Positions 37,689 to 50,939 of a stretch of 64,000 nucleotides of DNA are shown here, piece by piece (positions within the stretch are counted from its first letter, which is position 1; each line of letters begins with the position of its first letter). Below the pieces are notes generated by a model, which saw only the letters and a program-made list of their open reading frames with translations, searched no databases and had not been told where the DNA came from. Source of the DNA: an uncultured Gemmatimonadales bacterium (GTDB lineage Bacteria > Gemmatimonadota > Gemmatimonadetes > Gemmatimonadales > Gemmatimonadaceae); assembly GCA_963701965.1 (NCBI GenBank), contig OY969695.1, positions 2,304,001-2,368,000 on the forward strand. Direction: 5' to 3'. The translations under genes were made by a program, and so were the position numbers.

Positions 37689-38111
37689 CTACCCGCGGCT
37701 GATCTGCTCAATGAGCTCGGCCGCGCGGGCCAAGGTCGCGCGGTCGGCAGCGGGGAGGGACGCCAGGCGCGTGGCCAGGGCAGCGACGCGGCGGGCGCGG
37801 CCGGCGGTGAGGACGCGCTGGCCCTTGACGGTGCCGCTCACCCGCGTAACCCGGGCATCGGCCGGATCTGCCGCGCGCCGGACGAGCCCATCAGCCTCCA
37901 ACGCATCCACCACGCGCGTGATGGTCGGCGGCCGGACCCCCTCGGCCGACGCCAATGCGCCGAGGGTCAGGGGCCCGCCGAACACGATCACCGAGAGCGC
38001 CGAGAGCCGCGGCGCGGTCAGCCCGGACGCGGCATCCTCCCGCCGCACCCACCGCAACAAATGAATGGCGGCCGAATGCAGGCGATCCGCCACATCGCTG
38101 GCTTGCATCAT
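37689..38111 (-). CDS. MarR-family transcriptional regulator
   Basis: LTAPRLSAL..LGALASAEGVRPPTITRVVDALEADGLV..DPADAR. Confidence 0.92.
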   Translation of the reverse strand: MMQASDVADRLHSAAIHLLRWVRREDAASGLTAPRLSALSVIVFGGPLTLGALASAEGVRPPTITRVVDALEADGLVRRAADPADARVTRVSGTVKGQRVLTAGRARRVAALATRLASLPAADRATLARAAELIEQISRG

Positions 38112-38124
38112 GGTCGACTATCAG

Positions 38125-38137
38125 TTAGCCTAGCTAA
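38125..38137. promoter_or_regulatory. Probable MarR operator palindrome
   Basis: TTAGC-CTA-GCTAA in the divergent marR/VOC intergenic region. Confidence 0.55.
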
Positions 38138-38183
38138 ATAAACACCCACCCACTGGCCGGAAACCTACACCTCGAGCGTCTCG

Positions 38184-38570
38184 ATGACCACGGATTTCGC
38201 CGCACCCAACCGCCTCGCCCAGGTCGCGATCCTGGTGCAGGACGTTGACCGCGCCGTGCGCTTTTACCGCGACACGCTCGGGCTCCGGTTTCTGTTCCAG
38301 CCCTCGCCGACGTTGGCCTTCTTTGATTTGGGCGGCACCCGTCTCATGCTCGACCGCCCCACCGAATCGGTGCCCGGGATCGGCACATCGATCTTGTACT
38401 ACGCGGTCGACGATATCAACGCCGCCTACGCGGCGCTCCTCTCACGCGGCGCGCGCTTCGAGGACAAGCCCCACATCGTCGCGCCGCTCGGCGACCGCGA
38501 CCTGTGGATGACGTTCCTGCGGGACAGCGAGGGCAATCTGCTGGCATTGTCCAGCGAAGTGCGGCGCTAA
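38184..38570 (+). CDS. VOC/glyoxalase family protein
   Basis: VQDVDRAVRFYRDTLGL and FLRDSEGNLLAL motifs. Confidence 0.9.
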   Translation: MTTDFAAPNRLAQVAILVQDVDRAVRFYRDTLGLRFLFQPSPTLAFFDLGGTRLMLDRPTESVPGIGTSILYYAVDDINAAYAALLSRGARFEDKPHIVAPLGDRDLWMTFLRDSEGNLLALSSEVRR

Positions 38571-39967
38571 CCGCGCGCCAACTCGTCCCACAGTGTGGCC
38601 ACGGCGCGCATGCCGCCCTCGAAGTTCTCGACGCTCATCCACTCGTCGGGCGCATGCGCGTTCTCGCCCGGCAGGCCGAACCCCAGCAGGAGGACCGGCG
38701 CGGCGAGGATCCGCGCGAAGTCATCGACCACCGGAATAGACCCTCCTTCCCCCTGGATGACCGGCTCCCGCCGAAACGCCGCCGCCAGCGCGCGTTTCGC
38801 CGCTTCGAAAAGCGGGCCCTTCATCTCGGCGCGCCACGGCCGCCCGCCGTGGAGATGCGTGACCTTGACCGCCACGCCCTTCGGCGCGACGCGCGCGATG
38901 TGCTGCTCGAGCAGCCGGCCGATGGCCTCCGGCTCCTGATCGGGCACCAGCCGGCAGCTGACCTTGGCCATGGCTTTCGATGGCAGCACGGTCTTGGCAC
39001 CCTCGCCGGTGTAGCCGCTCAACATCCCGTTGACCTCGCAGGTCGGCCGCGTCCAGAGTCGCTCCAGCGTCGTGTACCCGGCCTCGCCGCCCAGCGCCGG
39101 CGCGCCAACCTCGCGCCCAAAAGCCGACTCATCGAATGGCAACCGCCGGATGGCCTCGCGCGCGGCTGGGTCCCAGTCCCGGACCGCGTCGTAAAAGCCC
39201 GGGATGGCCACATGCCCGTTGGCATCGTGAAACGACGCGATGATGCGGGCCAGCGCCGTCGCCGGATTGATCACGGCACCGCCATACATGCCCGAGTGCA
39301 GATCCTGCGCCGGCCCCGAGACGTTGATCTCGAAATACGCCAGCCCGCGCAGCGAGGACACGATCGACGGTTGGCCCGGCGCGAACATCGACGAGTCGGA
39401 GATGACGACCGCATCGCAGCGCAGACGGGCCGCGTGCTCCTCGACGAACGCGGCCAGATGGTCGCTGCCGACTTCCTCCTCCCCCTCGGCCAGCACGATG
39501 AGATTCACCGGCAGGCGATTCCGGACGAACAGATGGGCCTCGATCGCTTTGACGTGCAAAAACAGCTGGCCTTTGTCGTCCACCGATCCGCGGGCGAACA
39601 GCTTGCCGTCCCGCACCGTCGGCTCGAACGGCGGCGACGTCCACAGGTCGAGCGGCTCCGGAGGCTGCACGTCGTAGTGCCCGTAGACGAGGATCGTCGG
39701 CCGCGACGGCCCCGCGCCGCGCCACTCGCCGAGGACGACGGGATGCCCGGGCGTCTCCATCACCTCGGTCGTGAGCCCGGCCGCGGTCATCGACGTGGCC
39801 AACCAGCGCGCCGCGCGCGCCGTGTCGGCGTTGTGTTCGGACTTCGCGCTGACGCTCGGGATGCGCAGGAAGTCGAATAGCTCGCGCTCGATACGGGCGC
39901 GATTGGCCGTGAAGAAGCCATCGAGATCGCGCGGGACGATGGCGGGGGTCGGAGACGTCGGAGGCAT
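38567..39967 (-). CDS. M20-family dipeptidase
   Basis: YGHYDVQP, ARGSVDDKG, EGEEEVGS, DLHSG and AHAPDE motifs. Confidence 0.93.
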   Translation of the reverse strand: MPPTSPTPAIVPRDLDGFFTANRARIERELFDFLRIPSVSAKSEHNADTARAARWLATSMTAAGLTTEVMETPGHPVVLGEWRGAGPSRPTILVYGHYDVQPPEPLDLWTSPPFEPTVRDGKLFARGSVDDKGQLFLHVKAIEAHLFVRNRLPVNLIVLAEGEEEVGSDHLAAFVEEHAARLRCDAVVISDSSMFAPGQPSIVSSLRGLAYFEINVSGPAQDLHSGMYGGAVINPATALARIIASFHDANGHVAIPGFYDAVRDWDPAAREAIRRLPFDESAFGREVGAPALGGEAGYTTLERLWTRPTCEVNGMLSGYTGEGAKTVLPSKAMAKVSCRLVPDQEPEAIGRLLEQHIARVAPKGVAVKVTHLHGGRPWRAEMKGPLFEAAKRALAAAFRREPVIQGEGGSIPVVDDFARILAAPVLLLGFGLPGENAHAPDEWMSVENFEGGMRAVATLWDELARG

Positions 39968-39980
39968 GGTCGATCGATCC

Positions 39981-41522
39981 CTAATACGCCGCGTTGATCA
40001 CGGCGGTCGGAGTGGAGGAAGTATTGGCGGCCGGCGCGGGCACCGGCCAGCTCCCGCGCCATCCGGCGCACGTCCACACGCGCCGGTCGCCCAGTAGCTC
40101 GCCGCCACGCCTGAGCTCGACGGTCTCACCGCGCAGCATCGACGTGCAGTGCGGCAGCAAGCGCACGATCGCATCGGGCGTCGATCGCTCATCGTTGAGC
40201 ACGACGAGCAGCGTATCGCCAACCCGCGCCCGATCCGGGAAACGCGGCCAGAGATCGTATTGATTGGGCCGGCCGCCGATGTTGAGCGAGAACACGGTCG
40301 GGTGGTCATGCAGATGAAACGCCAACTCGGCGGCATCCTGATACCGGTTCGCGGCGATCCACGCCGAGCCGCCGCCCCGCGCGGCGCTGAGCTCCCACGC
40401 CAGGCCCGTCCAACCCGCGCCCTGCGCCGTCGGATCGCGGCGCGCGCTCACTGGGAGAAACGGCGCCACGACTTGGGCGTAGATCGTCAGGACCATGAGA
40501 CCGCCCAGGGCGAGTCCCGCCCACTCCCATCGGGCCATTTTGTCGCGGCGCGGCCACGCCGCCCAGACGATGGCGGCCGAGAGCACCGCGGGCGCGAGCC
40601 AGTTGGGCTCCACCGAACGGCGGAGCGCTGACCACGCGAAGAACGCGGTCACGAGCGCCGCGACCGCCGCCACCATGAACACCCGCGATGGCGTCCGCCG
40701 CCCGAGCCCGCGGGCCACGGCGAGAACCAGAGCCACGAACAAGATCGGGGACACCAAGCCGACCTGGCCGCCCAGGAGATTCAACTCGCGCGTCAAAGGA
40801 CCGCTCTTCCCCTTGGGCGCGAGACCGTGGGACAGTTGGAAACGAAACGACACCCAGTCGTGTCCGCTGTTCCACAGCACGACGGGCAGAAATACCGACG
40901 CAGCCAGGGCGACGGCGACCCACGGACCGGGGCGCCGCAACTCGGCGCGCAGATCGCTCCGCGCCAGGAGCGCCACGCCGACGGCGGCGCCCAGCAACGC
41001 CGCCGTGTACTTGGCGTCCAACGCGAGCCCGAGCAGGATTCCGGTGGCCGCCCACCAGGCGGGCGACGAGGTGTCGAGCGCGAAGTCGAGCGCGAGCAAC
41101 CCCAGCGCGAGCCCGGCCAGGAGTGGCACATCGGGTGTTGCCAGCACGAGCCCCGCTCCCGCCAGCGGCAACGCGGCCACGACGAGCGCCGCGCGAAGAG
41201 CCGCGCCGGCGCCGCCCAGCCGCCGCGCCAGGAGGACGGCGGCCACCGTCGCGACATACCCGACGGCGATGACCACGCACCGCACGCCGATCCTCGTATG
41301 GCCGGCGATCGCCGTCCCCGCGCGGATCAACAGCGCGATGAGCGGCGGATGGTCGAAGTACCCCGTCGCCAGGTGCCGCGACCAGTCCCAGTAGTACGCC
41401 TCGTCCGGCACGATGGGCATGAGCGCCGCCATCGCCAGGCGGGCCATCGCGGCCACGGTCACGATGCCGAGCGGCCACGCCAGGTCCGACCGGGCCCTCA
41501 CGCGCGCGCCCGGCGACGCCAT
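39981..41522 (-). CDS. ArnT/PMT-like integral-membrane glycosyltransferase (GT-C fold)
   Basis: PDEAYYWDWS..GYFDHPPL, TPDVPL and AKYT motifs with multiple TM helices. Alternative start GTG 41501. Confidence 0.88.
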   Translation of the reverse strand: MASPGARVRARSDLAWPLGIVTVAAMARLAMAALMPIVPDEAYYWDWSRHLATGYFDHPPLIALLIRAGTAIAGHTRIGVRCVVIAVGYVATVAAVLLARRLGGAGAALRAALVVAALPLAGAGLVLATPDVPLLAGLALGLLALDFALDTSSPAWWAATGILLGLALDAKYTAALLGAAVGVALLARSDLRAELRRPGPWVAVALAASVFLPVVLWNSGHDWVSFRFQLSHGLAPKGKSGPLTRELNLLGGQVGLVSPILFVALVLAVARGLGRRTPSRVFMVAAVAALVTAFFAWSALRRSVEPNWLAPAVLSAAIVWAAWPRRDKMARWEWAGLALGGLMVLTIYAQVVAPFLPVSARRDPTAQGAGWTGLAWELSAARGGGSAWIAANRYQDAAELAFHLHDHPTVFSLNIGGRPNQYDLWPRFPDRARVGDTLLVVLNDERSTPDAIVRLLPHCTSMLRGETVELRRGGELLGDRRVWTCAGWRGSWPVPAPAANTSSTPTAVINAAY

Positions 41523-42664
41523 GCTCCCACCGCCCCCAGTCCCAGGGCCCAGACGATCCACATGGTCCGCTCGGGCCAGGAGAGCGTGGCGATCATCGTC
41601 CAGGCCACGGCCGGCGCGATCGCCCCGACGGTCTCTGGCCGCGTGCGTTCGATGACGGCGACGGCGTGCCGGCCACGCGTGAGAAGCACGCCGGTGATCG
41701 CCCCCGCCAGCGAGTCGGCCGACATGACGCGCCACCCGGGGATGACGAGGACACTCCACGCCGCCGCCGTCCAGCCGAATCCATGGTTGTCGGACCCCGA
41801 CACGACAGCGAGACCGAGGCTGTCGGCCAGCGCCAGAATGCGGGCGCGGTCCTGATCGATCGCGTCGAGCCCGCGCGGCGCCGCGTCGGACAGCTCGATG
41901 CCCTGCACGCGCGGTCGGCCAACCACCGCATCCAGATGCCCCGGCATGGTCTCGATGATCGGCCGATCGCCCACGTGCGCCGGGTCGCAGTCGCGCCCGC
42001 GGAGAAGCGCGGCCGAATCGACGGCGGTCGCGCCCAGCACCACGACGTGCTCGCGGCCGACGATGCACTCGACTCCGCTTAGCAACACCGTGCCCTCGCC
42101 CGCCTGCCGCGGATTCCGCGACGCGGCCTGGAGCGCTGCCGAGAATCGGCTATGGTCGGTGATGTAGGCCACGTCGAACCCGGCGCGCCGGTGCCACGCC
42201 CGGTTGGCGTCGTCGGTGAACCCCCGGCGCCCGTCGTGTGACGCGTCCGTGTGACTATGGAAATCGACGGCCAGCGCATCGGCGCCGGGGAGGCGCAAGG
42301 CCGCCATGGGACGCGGCATGAATACCCCCAGCGCGTAGATCAGCAGGACCGCCAGGAGCGCGATCAGCGCCGCGCGCACCTCGCCGCCCACGGTCGGCCG
42401 CGAACGGTTGAATCGCCACACGGCGTATAGCAGGGCCACCGTGGCCAGCAGCGCGAGATGCTGCCGCAGCGACAGCAGGGACAGCGCGTCACAGATATTA
42501 TTCAGTGGCGCCAGTGCCAGAAACGCGGGTGACAACGCGAGGCGGGCATCGGCGGGCCTCAGGGTGGCCGCATCGCGCAACGCCGGCTCCGACGCGATCC
42601 CACCGATCAGCACGACGGCGACCATACCAAGCGACGGCAGCCACCCGCGCAGCGGCGAAAGCAT
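41498..42664 (-). CDS. Membrane-anchored PHP-domain phosphoesterase
   Basis: [19 protein letters not shown] and GSDNHG metal motifs, flanked by TM helices. Confidence 0.82.
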   Translation of the reverse strand: MLSPLRGWLPSLGMVAVVLIGGIASEPALRDAATLRPADARLALSPAFLALAPLNNICDALSLLSLRQHLALLATVALLYAVWRFNRSRPTVGGEVRAALIALLAVLLIYALGVFMPRPMAALRLPGADALAVDFHSHTDASHDGRRGFTDDANRAWHRRAGFDVAYITDHSRFSAALQAASRNPRQAGEGTVLLSGVECIVGREHVVVLGATAVDSAALLRGRDCDPAHVGDRPIIETMPGHLDAVVGRPRVQGIELSDAAPRGLDAIDQDRARILALADSLGLAVVSGSDNHGFGWTAAAWSVLVIPGWRVMSADSLAGAITGVLLTRGRHAVAVIERTRPETVGAIAPAVAWTMIATLSWPERTMWIVWALGLGAVGAWRRRARA

Positions 42665-42691
42665 GGCTGCAAAATGTATCCCGGTCCCCAA

Positions 42692-44719
42692 ATGGCCAAC
42701 CGACTGGCGCACGAAACGAGTCCGTACCTCCGCCAACACGCCGAAAATCCGGTTGATTGGTATCCCTGGTCTCCGGAGGCATTCGACCGCGCCCGAAAGG
42801 AGGACAAGCCGGTCCTCCTGAGCATCGGCTACGCGGCGTGCCACTGGTGCCACGTGATGGCGCACGAGTCGTTCGAGGATCCGGCCACGGCCGCGATCAT
42901 GAACGACCGCTTCGTGTGCATCAAGGTGGACCGCGAAGAGCGGCCGGATGTCGACGGCATCTACATGCAGGCGGTCCAGGCCATGACCGGTCACGGCGGA
43001 TGGCCGATGACGATGTTCCTGACGCCGGGCGCCGAGCCGTTCTACGGCGGCACGTATTTCCCGCCGCGCGACCGACACGGCCTGCCGGCCTTCAGCCGCG
43101 TACTACAGTCCGTCGCCGACGCCTATCACACGCGGCGCCCCGACGTGGAGCAATCCGCGGGACGCCTGCGGGTCCTCTACGACGCCGCCAGCGCGACGCC
43201 GGAGCCGGGCGCGACGCTCACGCCGGGGACGCTCGACCGGGCCTATCATGGCATTGCCGCCCGGTACGATGCTATCAATGGCGGGTTCGAGGGCGGGCCC
43301 AAGTTTCCGATGGCGATGGCGCTCGACTTTCTCCTGCGCACCTGGCGCCGCACGGAGCGGCGCGAGGCGCTGGAGATGGTCCGCCGGTCGTTCCAGCACA
43401 TGATCCGCGGCGGGATCGCGGACCAGATCGGCGGCGGATTCCATCGCTACACGGTCGACGCGATCTGGCTGGTCCCGCATTTCGAGAAGATGCTGTACGA
43501 CAATGCGCTCCTCGGGCGCCTCGGCGTACATCTCTGGCAAGCCACGCGCGACCCGGAAGTGCGCCAGGCGACCGAACGCACGTTCGATTGGGTCGCACGG
43601 GAAATGACCGATCCGGGCGGCGGCTTCTACGCCAGCCTCGACGCCGACTCGGCGGGTCACGAGGGAACGTTCTACATCTGGACCGCGGGCGAGATCGAGG
43701 CGGCGCTGGGCGCCGCTGCGCCGGCGGTGTCGGCGTACTACGGCGTGACGCCGGGCGGCAATTTCGAGGGCGCCAATATCTTGTCCGTCGTGGACTCCGC
43801 GGCCGCTCCGCGGGAGACCATCGAGCGCGCCCGGGCAACGCTCCTGGCGCGACGCGCGCGGCGCGAGCGCCCCGGGCGGGACGAAAAGATCCTCGCGTCC
43901 TGGAACGGCCTGATGCTGCGCGCGCTGGCCGACGCCGCCCGCGCGTTCGGCCGGGAGGACTATCGCGCGATGGCGATCGCCAACGGCGAATTCCTCGCCC
44001 GCACGATGGTCCGGCCCGACGGCCGCGTCCAACGCTCGCACGCCTTTGGCATCACCAAGATCGACGGCTTTCTCGAGGACCACGCGGCGGTGGCGCTGGG
44101 GTTCATTGGCCTCTATGAGCTCACGTTCGACCGCCGGTGGCTGGACCGGGCCCGCGCCATCGCCGACGCCATCGACCGCGCGTTCTGGGACAGCGCCAAA
44201 CAGCTCTACTTCGATACCGCCCACGACGCGGACCGGCTCATCACGCGGCCCCGCGACATCACGGACAACGCGGTCCCGTCCGGGACGTCGCTGGTGGCCA
44301 CTCTGCTGCTGCATCTCGCCGACCTGACGGGCGACCACGCCGCGCGCGTCCGCGCCGACGGGATTCTGGCCGGACTCGCCGAGCCCATGGCGCTCCATGG
44401 CCCAGCCTTCGGCTGGCTCCTCGGCGCCGCTGACGCGGCGCTCAATGGCTCGGTGCAGGTCGCCCTGGTCGGCGACCCGCCGGCGTCAGCGTTTCGAGAG
44501 CTCGAAGCGGCGGTGGCGAACCTCTATGTGCCAGCGCTGGTGCTCGCGGGCGGGCCGCCCGGTGGCGAGACGGGGATCGCGCTACTCGACGGCCGTCCGT
44601 CGATCGACGGCCGCGCCACCGCGTACGTGTGCCACGGCTACGTGTGCGACCGCCCGGTGACCGATGCCGGCGCGCTCGTGGCGAACATCACGGAGAGGGT
44701 CCGGAGCGTCCATGGCTGA
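42692..44719 (+). CDS. Thioredoxin-domain protein, YyaL/SSP411 (DUF255) family
   Basis: [44 protein letters not shown] and [11 protein letters not shown] motifs. Confidence 0.93.
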   Translation: MANRLAHETSPYLRQHAENPVDWYPWSPEAFDRARKEDKPVLLSIGYAACHWCHVMAHESFEDPATAAIMNDRFVCIKVDREERPDVDGIYMQAVQAMTGHGGWPMTMFLTPGAEPFYGGTYFPPRDRHGLPAFSRVLQSVADAYHTRRPDVEQSAGRLRVLYDAASATPEPGATLTPGTLDRAYHGIAARYDAINGGFEGGPKFPMAMALDFLLRTWRRTERREALEMVRRSFQHMIRGGIADQIGGGFHRYTVDAIWLVPHFEKMLYDNALLGRLGVHLWQATRDPEVRQATERTFDWVAREMTDPGGGFYASLDADSAGHEGTFYIWTAGEIEAALGAAAPAVSAYYGVTPGGNFEGANILSVVDSAAAPRETIERARATLLARRARRERPGRDEKILASWNGLMLRALADAARAFGREDYRAMAIANGEFLARTMVRPDGRVQRSHAFGITKIDGFLEDHAAVALGFIGLYELTFDRRWLDRARAIADAIDRAFWDSAKQLYFDTAHDADRLITRPRDITDNAVPSGTSLVATLLLHLADLTGDHAARVRADGILAGLAEPMALHGPAFGWLLGAADAALNGSVQVALVGDPPASAFRELEAAVANLYVPALVLAGGPPGGETGIALLDGRPSIDGRATAYVCHGYVCDRPVTDAGALVANITERVRSVHG

Positions 44720-46520
44720 CCAGAAGCCGTCGTTCGTGAGGGGAATATTCTCGGGCGCGATCCACGAGTCGCTGCTCTTTCCGTACCCCGCGCCGCTCGA
44801 GGCCCGCGATCCCGCGGAAGCGCGGGTGGTCCAACGACTCCTCGCGGCGCTCCGCGAGATGCAGCGTTCGGGCCTCGTGGACTCGGCGCGCTTCGACGAG
44901 GATGAGACGATACCCGAGGATGTGATCCGGGCCTTCGCCGAGGTCGGACTGCTCGGCCTGACGATACCCAAGGCCTACGGCGGCCTTGGGCTCTCGGCCA
45001 CGGCCTACGCCCGCGTGTTCGCCACGCTCTCCCAGGTCGACGCGTCCCTCGCGGTGCTCGTCGGCGTGCATTGCGGGCTGGGCTCCAAGGCGATCGTGCT
45101 CTTTGGCAACGACGAGCAAAAGGCGCGCTATCTCCCGATGCTGGCCCGGGGCGAGACGCTGGCGGCTTACGCGCTGACCGAGCCGGAGACGGGCTCCGAT
45201 GCGCAGAACATCAAGACCACCGCCCGCCCGTCCGCCGATCGGTCGCACTGGGTGCTCAACGGGCACAAGCTGTGGATCGGCAACGGCCATCGCGCCGGCG
45301 TCATTGCCACCTTCGCCCGCACGGCGGTCGAACGCCGTGGCGAGACGGTCGAACGACCGACGGCGTTTATCATCCGCCCCGACATGCCGGGGTTCCGCGT
45401 GGTGACGACGATCCGGAAGCTGGGGATCCGCGGCTCGACACAGGCCGAGCTGGCCTACGAAAATCTTCAGGTGCCGGCCGACCACGTGCTCGGCAACATC
45501 GGGAAAGGGTTCGCCGTCGCGGTCAACGTATTGAACGGCGGCCGGCTGTCGCTGGGCGCCGGATGCGTCGGCGGCACGAAGCGCATCGTGGGCGCGATGA
45601 CGGCGTACGCGTCGTCGCGCGTGCAGTTCGGTCATCCGCTGGCGGACTTCGAGATCACGCAACGGAAGATCGCCGAGCTGGCGGCGGACGCGTACGCCGC
45701 CGATGCCATGCTCGGGCTGCTCTCGGCGACGATCGACCGCGCGGACGCCGACTACGCGCTGGAAGCGGCGTGTCTCAAGGTGTTCGCCAGCGAGCTGATT
45801 TGGCGGGCGTCGGACGAGATGGTGCAAGTCGCCGGCGGGCGGGGGTTCGTGAAGCCGTATCCGTACGAGCGGCTGCTGCGCGACGCGCGCATCAACCGGA
45901 TCTTCGAGGGCGCCAACGAGATTCTCCGGCTCTTCATCGCGCTCAACGGCCTCCAGGGACCGGCCGAGCGACTCAAGGAAGTGGGGACGGCGCTGCGCCG
46001 GCCCATTCGCCACTTCGGGCTGCTCTCCGGTTACATGACGTCGCGGGTGTCGAGTATCCTCGGCGGCGGGCCCGACCTGGCGGCCGCGGTCCATCCGGCG
46101 CTGGCCGAGCACAAGCGCTACCTGGAGAAACACATCGCCGAGTTGGCGACGGAAACCGGGCGCGCGATCACCAAGTACCGGCGGGCGATCACCGATCGGC
46201 AGCTCGTGCTGGAGCGACTGGCCAACATCGCGATCGATCTGTACGCGACGGCGGCGACGATCGCGCGGACGCAGGACCTGATCGATCGGCACGGGGCCGA
46301 CGGCGCGCGCCGGGAGATCGTGATGTGCGATCTCTTCTGCGTGACGGCCGGACGGCGCATCCGCCAGAACCGGTTGGCGCTCTCCGGCCGCGAAGACGAA
46401 GTCGATGACGCGCGGCGGGCGATCGCCGCCGCCGTCAGGTCGGCCGAGGGCTACTTTGTGGCGGACGCAGTGCTGGATGAGCATGTTCCGGCGCCGGAGC
46501 GGACTTCGGGCGCGGCTTGA
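44712..46520 (+). CDS. Acyl-CoA dehydrogenase (ACAD9/VLCAD-like with C-terminal extension)
   Basis: [31 protein letters not shown] and RIFEGANEI motifs. Confidence 0.93.
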   Translation: MADQKPSFVRGIFSGAIHESLLFPYPAPLEARDPAEARVVQRLLAALREMQRSGLVDSARFDEDETIPEDVIRAFAEVGLLGLTIPKAYGGLGLSATAYARVFATLSQVDASLAVLVGVHCGLGSKAIVLFGNDEQKARYLPMLARGETLAAYALTEPETGSDAQNIKTTARPSADRSHWVLNGHKLWIGNGHRAGVIATFARTAVERRGETVERPTAFIIRPDMPGFRVVTTIRKLGIRGSTQAELAYENLQVPADHVLGNIGKGFAVAVNVLNGGRLSLGAGCVGGTKRIVGAMTAYASSRVQFGHPLADFEITQRKIAELAADAYAADAMLGLLSATIDRADADYALEAACLKVFASELIWRASDEMVQVAGGRGFVKPYPYERLLRDARINRIFEGANEILRLFIALNGLQGPAERLKEVGTALRRPIRHFGLLSGYMTSRVSSILGGGPDLAAAVHPALAEHKRYLEKHIAELATETGRAITKYRRAITDRQLVLERLANIAIDLYATAATIARTQDLIDRHGADGARREIVMCDLFCVTAGRRIRQNRLALSGREDEVDDARRAIAAAVRSAEGYFVADAVLDEHVPAPERTSGAA

Positions 46521-47400
46521 TCGTGAGAATCATCACGGCGCTGACGATGACGGCCACCGCTACCAAGGTCCCACCCGTGATCGATTCGCCGGCGATCAGC
46601 CAGCCGACGAGCACAGCGATTACCGGATTGACGTACGCGTACGTGGCGAGTTTGGCGGGAGTCGTCGCGGTCACGAGGTAGGTGTAGGCCGAGTACCCCA
46701 CGATCGAGCCCAGCGTGATCAGGTACGTGAGGCCGATGAGCGACGCACCGGAGACGGCGGCGGGGTGGAATCGGGCGCCTTCGCCGAGTGCCAGTCCCAC
46801 GATGAGACACGCAATGCCTCCGGTCAGCATCTCCATCCCCGTGGTCACCAGGAGCGATTTCGGGAGATCGAGGCGCCGGCCGATGAGCGTCCCGCAGGAC
46901 CACGAGATCGCCGCGATCGTGATCAGGATCGCGCTGCCCGCACTGACGCCGCCGCCCGTGGGACGGACGAGGAGCCCGACGCCAAAGAGCCCGAGTGCGA
47001 TGCCGAGCCACGCCCGCGGCCCGGGACGCGTGCCGCCGCTCAGCCAGTCGATCACGACCAACCACAGCGGCACCGTCGCCACGATCAGCGCCGCCAAGCC
47101 CAATGGCACGCGCTGCTCGGCCACCGAGACCAGACCAATGCCCAAGAGCAGGAGCATGACCCCGCACACACTGGCGTTGCGCCACTGCCGCCAGGTCGGC
47201 ACCGCGCCTCCGCGGAGCCGGGTCCAGGCGTAGAGGATCGTGCCCGCCGTGACGAATCGCATCCCGACCATGAGAAACGGGGGGATGGTCTGGATCGCGT
47301 AGCGGATCGACAAGTACGTCGACCCCCAGATCAGATAGACCAGACCAAACGCGATCAGGATGTTGAGCCGGCGCGACCGGTCGTTGGTCTCAGGCATCAT
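46435..47400 (-). CDS. EamA/DMT transporter (YedA-like)
   Basis: VYLIWGSTY, GSIVGYSAY and YAYVNPVIAV motifs, about 10 TM helices. Confidence 0.92.
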   Translation of the reverse strand: MMPETNDRSRRLNILIAFGLVYLIWGSTYLSIRYAIQTIPPFLMVGMRFVTAGTILYAWTRLRGGAVPTWRQWRNASVCGVMLLLLGIGLVSVAEQRVPLGLAALIVATVPLWLVVIDWLSGGTRPGPRAWLGIALGLFGVGLLVRPTGGGVSAGSAILITIAAISWSCGTLIGRRLDLPKSLLVTTGMEMLTGGIACLIVGLALGEGARFHPAAVSGASLIGLTYLITLGSIVGYSAYTYLVTATTPAKLATYAYVNPVIAVLVGWLIAGESITGGTLVAVAVIVSAVMILTIKPRPKSAPAPEHAHPALRPPQSSPRPT

Positions 47401-47851
47401 GCGCCTCCACCGGAATCGCGGCGGTCTCTTTGACCGTGCTCAGGACGATCGTGGTGCGCGTCGACCGCACGGTCTCAATGGCGCCGATGCGCTCGCGGAG
47501 GAGAAACTGCAGCGCCTCGGTATTGGCGGTGCGCACCTTCACGAGAAAGCAGTCTTCGCCCGCCACGTGATGGACCTCCTGGACCTCCGGCATCGCCGAC
47601 AGCGCCCGCTCGGTCATCGGGTGCGCGAGCCGCTCGTCGGTGCGGACGAACACGAACGCCAGGAGGCCCATGTCGAGCGCCTTGGCGTCGAGGCGGGCCG
47701 CATATCCGTGGATCACGCCGCGCTCCTCGAGCTTCCGCACGCGCTCGAGGACGGCCGACGGGGCCATGCCCACCTGCCGCGCCAGCTCGGCATTGGTGGT
47801 CCGGGCTTCCGCCTGGAGGGCTATCAGGATCCTGCGGTCAATGTCGTCCAT
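47390..47851 (-). CDS. Lrp/AsnC-family transcriptional regulator
   Basis: DDIDRRIL..LQAEARTTNAELARQVG..ERVRKLEERGVI and VAGEDCFLVKV. Confidence 0.95.
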   Translation of the reverse strand: MDDIDRRILIALQAEARTTNAELARQVGMAPSAVLERVRKLEERGVIHGYAARLDAKALDMGLLAFVFVRTDERLAHPMTERALSAMPEVQEVHHVAGEDCFLVKVRTANTEALQFLLRERIGAIETVRSTRTTIVLSTVKETAAIPVEAHDA

Positions 47852-47860
47852 ACGCGTCGA

Positions 47861-47892
47861 ATATTCTGTGATAGGACTAGATCACAGAATAT
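47861..47892. promoter_or_regulatory. Perfect 12-bp AT-rich inverted repeat upstream of lrp
   Basis: ATATTCTGTGAT, 8 nt, ATCACAGAATAT, overlapping the palindrome GAATATTC (47859-47866). Confidence 0.75.
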
Positions 47893-47912
47893 AGTTCCAA
47901 TTACGGCCCTGT

Positions 47913-48920
<1,008 letters not shown>

Positions 48921-48928
48921 TGGTATGG

Positions 48929-49879
48929 CTAGTCGAAATCGAGGGCCAGATCGAGCGCCGGCGGCGAATGCGTCAGCGACCCCGCCGAAATCCAGTCCAC
49001 GCCCGTCTCGGCGATCGCGCGCACATTCTCCAGCCGGACGCGGCCCGAGGCCTCGACGGTCGCGCGATGATCGACGAGACGCACGCAGTCGGCGAGATGC
49101 GCGGGCGTCATGTTGTCGCACAAAATGATGTCGGCATTCGCTTCCAGCGCCGCGGCAACTTGCTCGATGGTCTCGCACTCGACTTCGATGCGCGCGTTGG
49201 GCGGCGCCACCTCGCGCGCACGCTGCACCGCGAGCTGGACGTTCCCATCGAGCGCGGCCAGGTGATTGTCCTTGATGAGCACCGAGCTCGCCAGATCCAT
49301 GCGATGGTTCATGCCGCCGCCGCACCGCACCGCGTACTTCTCCAGGCGCCGCCACCCCGGCGTCGTCTTCCGGGTATCGACGATCTTGGCATGCGTCCCG
49401 CGCACCGCGTCGACGAACCGCGCGGTGAGCGTCGCCACGCCCGACAGGTGCTGCATGAAGTTGAGCGCGACACGCTCGGCCGACAGCAATCCGCGCGCGT
49501 GGCCGCTCAAGAAAATCACCGGCGTGCCCGCGACGACGTGGCCGCCGTCCTCGACGTCGACCCGCATTGTGACCTTGGGGTTCAGCAGCCGAAACGCTTC
49601 CAGCGCCAAGGGAACGCCGGCGACGACGCCGGCGCGGCGGGCCACGACCATGGCCCGGGCCCGGCGGCTCGACACGACGGTGGCCACGGTCGTGATGTCG
49701 TGGAACGCGCCGTCTTCCTCGAGCGCCTGCCGCACGACGGCCGTCAGGGCGTCCTGATGCAGCGGAAACGCCAACCGTCCTTCGTCGGCGCCCAGGGCCG
49801 GCAACTCGCTCGGCGTGATCGTGCGGGGGCGCGACAGGCGCCGGTCGGCGCCGCCGTATGGCTGCTGCATTTCGGTCAT
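48929..49879 (-). CDS. nadC: Nicotinate-nucleotide pyrophosphorylase (quinolinate phosphoribosyltransferase)
   Basis: ERVALN, DTRKTTPG, NHR, LIKDNH, EVEC and EASG motifs. Confidence 0.95.
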   Translation of the reverse strand: MTEMQQPYGGADRRLSRPRTITPSELPALGADEGRLAFPLHQDALTAVVRQALEEDGAFHDITTVATVVSSRRARAMVVARRAGVVAGVPLALEAFRLLNPKVTMRVDVEDGGHVVAGTPVIFLSGHARGLLSAERVALNFMQHLSGVATLTARFVDAVRGTHAKIVDTRKTTPGWRRLEKYAVRCGGGMNHRMDLASSVLIKDNHLAALDGNVQLAVQRAREVAPPNARIEVECETIEQVAAALEANADIILCDNMTPAHLADCVRLVDHRATVEASGRVRLENVRAIAETGVDWISAGSLTHSPPALDLALDFD

Positions 49880-49919
49880 CAGCTCCTCCGGTGGGCGCCG
49901 AGTCGACCGGAGCGCCGGC

Positions 49920-50935
<1,016 letters not shown>

Positions 50936-50939
<4 letters not shown>

